DNA of 64,000 nt, from positions 2,170,001 through 2,234,000 of the forward strand of contig OZ037834.1 in assembly GCA_964035575.1 (NCBI GenBank), read 5' to 3'. Made by a program: the position numbers and the translations under genes. Positions within the stretch are counted from its first letter, which is position 1, and every line of letters begins with the position of its first letter. This stretch comes from Rhynchopus sp. YZ270_cl-10. Taxonomy: Eukaryota. Positions 60,805 to 64,000 of this stretch are shown here, piece by piece. Below the pieces are notes generated by a model. That model saw only the letters and a program-made list of their open reading frames with translations, did not search any database and was not told the origin of the DNA.

Positions 60805-62504
60805 CTTCTGCTCGTGTCGTTTGTGTCAATCCGTTGATGTTGTCGGAGAGACACTTGAGGGGTTTGGGTCCGGGGTTAGGGAGCGTGGAGTGCATCCCAG
60901 TTGTGGAGGTGGCAGAGACCTCTTGAGAAGGGGTCTTTGCTGTCATCGCAGTGTCTTGGTTGGTGGTGACGGTGAGCTGTGCCGTCACGCTATCTGCTGC
61001 TTCAGTTCCACCAGCTGTCGCAGAAGGTCGAGGTTCTGCCTCTGCAGCTCCTCCCTCGACTCCTCTCCCTCGGCTGCAGTGGTCGTGTTGCTGCTATTTT
61101 GTTTGTGCAATGAACGAAGCAACTTTACTTACCTACCGATCCTACTATTTCTTTTGACCCCTTTTTTTCGGCTTGCATTGCCGTTTCGCCTCAGGCTTGG
61201 CGCTGTCGGGTGTGGCCGGGCCCGCCCTCTTCCTGCTTCTGAATCGGTGACCAGGCTGGGCCTGGCAAGCCATCACCGGCTTCCCTTGATGACACATGCG
61301 TCTTTGGGGACGGGTGTCATGATGTTAACTTAACGCACCAGGTCTTCCCAGTGCTCGGCACGGTCTGCGTTGCGCACGCGAGGCCGCTGTTGTTAAGTGC
61401 GGCGACAAAGTCCGCGGTTGGGTGGTCTTTGGCCCGCATGAGGAGCGACTTCTGGCGGCGCATGCGCTGCGTTCCTGGACGGGGCGTACGACAAGCCCAA
61501 AATATTTGGGTGAGGCGATCATCACCCTCCCGTGATGCAGCAATGCTGCTTCACGAGCCTTGAGGCTGTGCTCCGGCTTCAGCCACACCACCCTCTCGCG
61601 TGAGGCTTGCCTGCGGCCTCATCCTCAGCACGCCGTCGATGCCCGATACGCGACGGAGGTCGGTGTCGGGGTGCACCTCCACGAGCAGTCGCATCAGCAG
61701 GCGGGTGTTCTTGCAATCGCGTGCTGCAGTCACGGAGGTATCCACGATGTGCTTTCGCAAGCCATTTGCGTGCGGTCTTCTCGGGGGGTCTTCTGCCAGG
61801 CGGGGTGGTCGCTAGCGTCCTTTAACACCGCTCGCATCATCTGTGGTGTAGCCACCCAGGTGCATCGACCTGAGTATGTTGGAGTGGAGTGCGGAGAGCG
61901 ACTGTATATATGGCGATGTAGGTGCCTGCCTGGCGCACATGATGAAGGTGCTGGTGGGGGGAGGCCCAGGAGGGGCTGCTGTCGTAGAGGGACTCCATCA
62001 TCACGACAGCGACCGAGGGTCCATCCCTGGAGTTGGGGTGGGTCTGGATGGTTGTAGGCCGTCGCCTTATCCAGTATGGCGACGGCTCCTTCTCTCGGCA
62101 CGTCTCCCGTGCGCAGCTGCTCTCATAGCTATACATTTCAAACATGCAAACCACATCAGGCGTTAACAACTGAGGACTGAAAGGAAATAAGCAACAAGAC
62201 TCTGTCATTGTATCGCATCTAATGACAAACAACAGTTTGCACTGTATAAACTGTGCAATGATATGCATAACATGACCTTTTACCTCCCCGGGCCCCATCT
62301 GGGACCCTCACCACCCCCCTGGTGTGTACATACCTGTCAGCACCAGCCCCCACAACCCACAAGAACCCACCAAAAGAGTCCACCTAGGGGGACTATAGTC
62401 CCCCTAGGTGGACTACATAGTCCCCCTAGGGGGACTCTTTGAGTCCCCCTTTAAGTCCCCCCCAAAGAGTAACTCCCCCCCGGGTAGACTCCACCGTGCA
62501 AATC

Positions 62505-63340
62505 CAGGGTTTTATATAGGAATTTTTTCCTTCACAAACAGGGGCAAAAACTGAGGATTCATTTTTTCTCACCCACCCGCCCAAAATCAAAGCTGTTTTT
62601 TCGGCTGGGGCCAGTTGTGGTGTGCCTTGAACCCCCTTGGCTGTAAACCCAATTGATAGCAATTCGTGCACCAGGCGCACGTGGTACACGAATTGTAAGT
62701 AGCCAGTACATTTATAACAAAGAAAGGGCGGTCATGGCACCCAAAGGTTCCTGGCGAAGCCACGGTACGCAACATTTCAAAAAATTGCGCTTATAATCGC
62801 ACATTTTTACAGCCAAACTATGTCAGGGAAGGGTGGGTTGCAATCTTGCGCCGCAGGCGCACGGTACGCTACTTTTATAATTTCGCCATGATACATGCTT
62901 CCTTTTCCTTCGGCGTTTGACCAATTGAGTCGCGTTCTGGCTGTGACGGGGGTGTGGGTAACCCTTGAGATAGACGTGTGTGTTTTCTTTACTGACTTTG
63001 TTGTTTTCTGTCAACAGAGCTTCGTTTCGGCGACTGACTACCCCGGGCTGCACCCTGAGGCTACACCCCCCGGAGTGGGGTGGGGCAGCCCACCCCAGAA
63101 AAGTTAAAACCCGGGGAAAACCCAGGCTTAAGCCCGGGCTTGCTCTGCGCAAAATTAATTAAGCCCGGGTTTTCCCGGGCTTACTGCCCAAGATTTTCAC
63201 CGCTGGTCACGAGTCGTGTTCTAAGCCAGTAAAACGCCAAAAAAAATTTTTTTTTCTTTTAGGTCCGAAAAGGGGATTTTTTTTTTTTTTTTCAATAACC
63301 GAGGATTGCCCTCAGTTCTGACCCCCTATATAAAAGTCTG
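62505..63340. mobile_element. hAT-type non-autonomous element, 836 bp
   Basis: TIR CAGGGTTTTATATAGG vs CCTATATAAAAGTCTG (2 mismatches). TSD CTCAAATC is intact at 63341-63348; the left copy is restored when the 59227-62498 element and one CA are removed. Confidence 0.85.
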
Positions 63341-63509
63341 CTCAAATCTTCTTCTTCCTGATCAAGATCCTGACAATTTGTGTTTTTTTTCTCTCCTGCT
63401 TAGAACTTGCTTAGAAACGCCGGCATTTGCATTTCCGGAATCCGTCCGGCCAGTGGTGGGGTCAATTTGCCGAAATGGACAAGTTCTCGTTTTTTGGTCA
63501 ATTTCCGCA

Positions 63510-63657
63510 CAGTACAGTACAGTACAGTACAGTACAGTACAGTACAGTACAGTACAGTACAGTACAGTACAGTACAGTACAGTACAGTACAGTACAGTAC
63601 AGTACAGTACAGTACAGTACAGTACAGTACAGTACAGTACAGTACAGTACAGTACAG
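63510..63657. repeat. (CAGTA)n microsatellite, about 29 copies
   Basis: Direct reading. Confidence 0.98.
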
Positions 63658-64000
63658 CAGGCCAAAAAAAAGGTCGAAAACCACTTTTTTTGTCAGTTTC
63701 GTGACATCCCAGCCAGTTGCGGCCCCGGTCTGTAAAATCTGTACCTCTGTATGCCTACAACATAGAGAAGCCCCCTGGTAAAAAAAAAAAAAACACACAA
63801 ATTGTCAGGATCTTGAAAAATCCTGAAGAAAAAAAACACAAAGTGTCAGGATTTCCAGGAATCCTGAAAAAACACAAAAATCTTCCTTAAGATCTTTATG
63901 GTACCGTGATTTTAGATTTTAGAAATTTTTTTTTGGGAGCTCGACTATAGGGAACTCCCCCCGAGCCTGTTCAGGCCTGACGCTAACCATCATCCATCAT

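Larger units (their letters stand above)
59227..62498. mobile_element. Non-autonomous CACTA/CMC-like (Pack-type) element, 3272 bp, with long TIRs, 2-bp TSD CA and captured gene fragments
   Basis: TIRs 59227-59515 and 62168-62498 are nearly identical. Ends CACGG/CCGTG. CA at 59225-59226 and 62499-62500. Palindromic subterminal repeats AGTCCCCCTAGG(G/T)GGACT. No transposase visible. Confidence 0.88.
59177..63908. mobile_element. TIR element (CACGGTACCA... termini, 6-bp TSD ATTTTA) expanded by nested insertions
   Basis: Left end CACGGTACCAGAAAGTTCTTAAAGAAGA versus reverse complement of the right end CACGGTACCATAAAGATCTTAAGGAAGA. ATTTTA at 59171-59176 and 63909-63914. Confidence 0.85.

Noticed and set aside
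63306..63798. QYSTV/YCTVL repeat ORFs
   Set aside because: Translations of the (CAGTA)n microsatellite.

Overview
Eukaryotic (protist) genomic DNA. Inferred to be euglenozoan, diplonemid-like, because all 17 recognisable protein genes lie head-to-tail on the + strand, introns are short with GTATG donors, and CAG acceptors sit in C/A-rich leaders. The genes are: the 3' end of an unknown gene, DDX52/ROK1 helicase, a Delta12/omega-type fatty-acid desaturase, three unrelated methyltransferases, a type-B carboxylesterase, GDP-L-fucose synthase, two tandem CUB-repeat membrane proteins, an IQ protein, a kinesin-stalk-like protein, a coiled-coil protein, NAA35/MAK10, an MFS transporter and two tandem UBL-WD40 genes. 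Intergenic DNA is rich in non-autonomous DNA transposons with readable TIRs and TSDs, satellites and short co-oriented dispersed repeats. Four observations stand out: (1) the desaturase is fused to a catalytically dead acetyltransferase (AT/SAT) domain resembling fungal-type FAS-I; (2) a 3.27-kb Pack-CACTA-like element carries LINE debris and a fragment of the same UBL-WD40 family it sits next to, within a nested transposon stack; (3) the two UBL-WD40 paralogues differ in hypervariable patches on a nearly identical scaffold; (4) two families of short strand-biased repeats share an ACGAGAG-loop hairpin. All homology calls come from visual motif recognition, not database searches.
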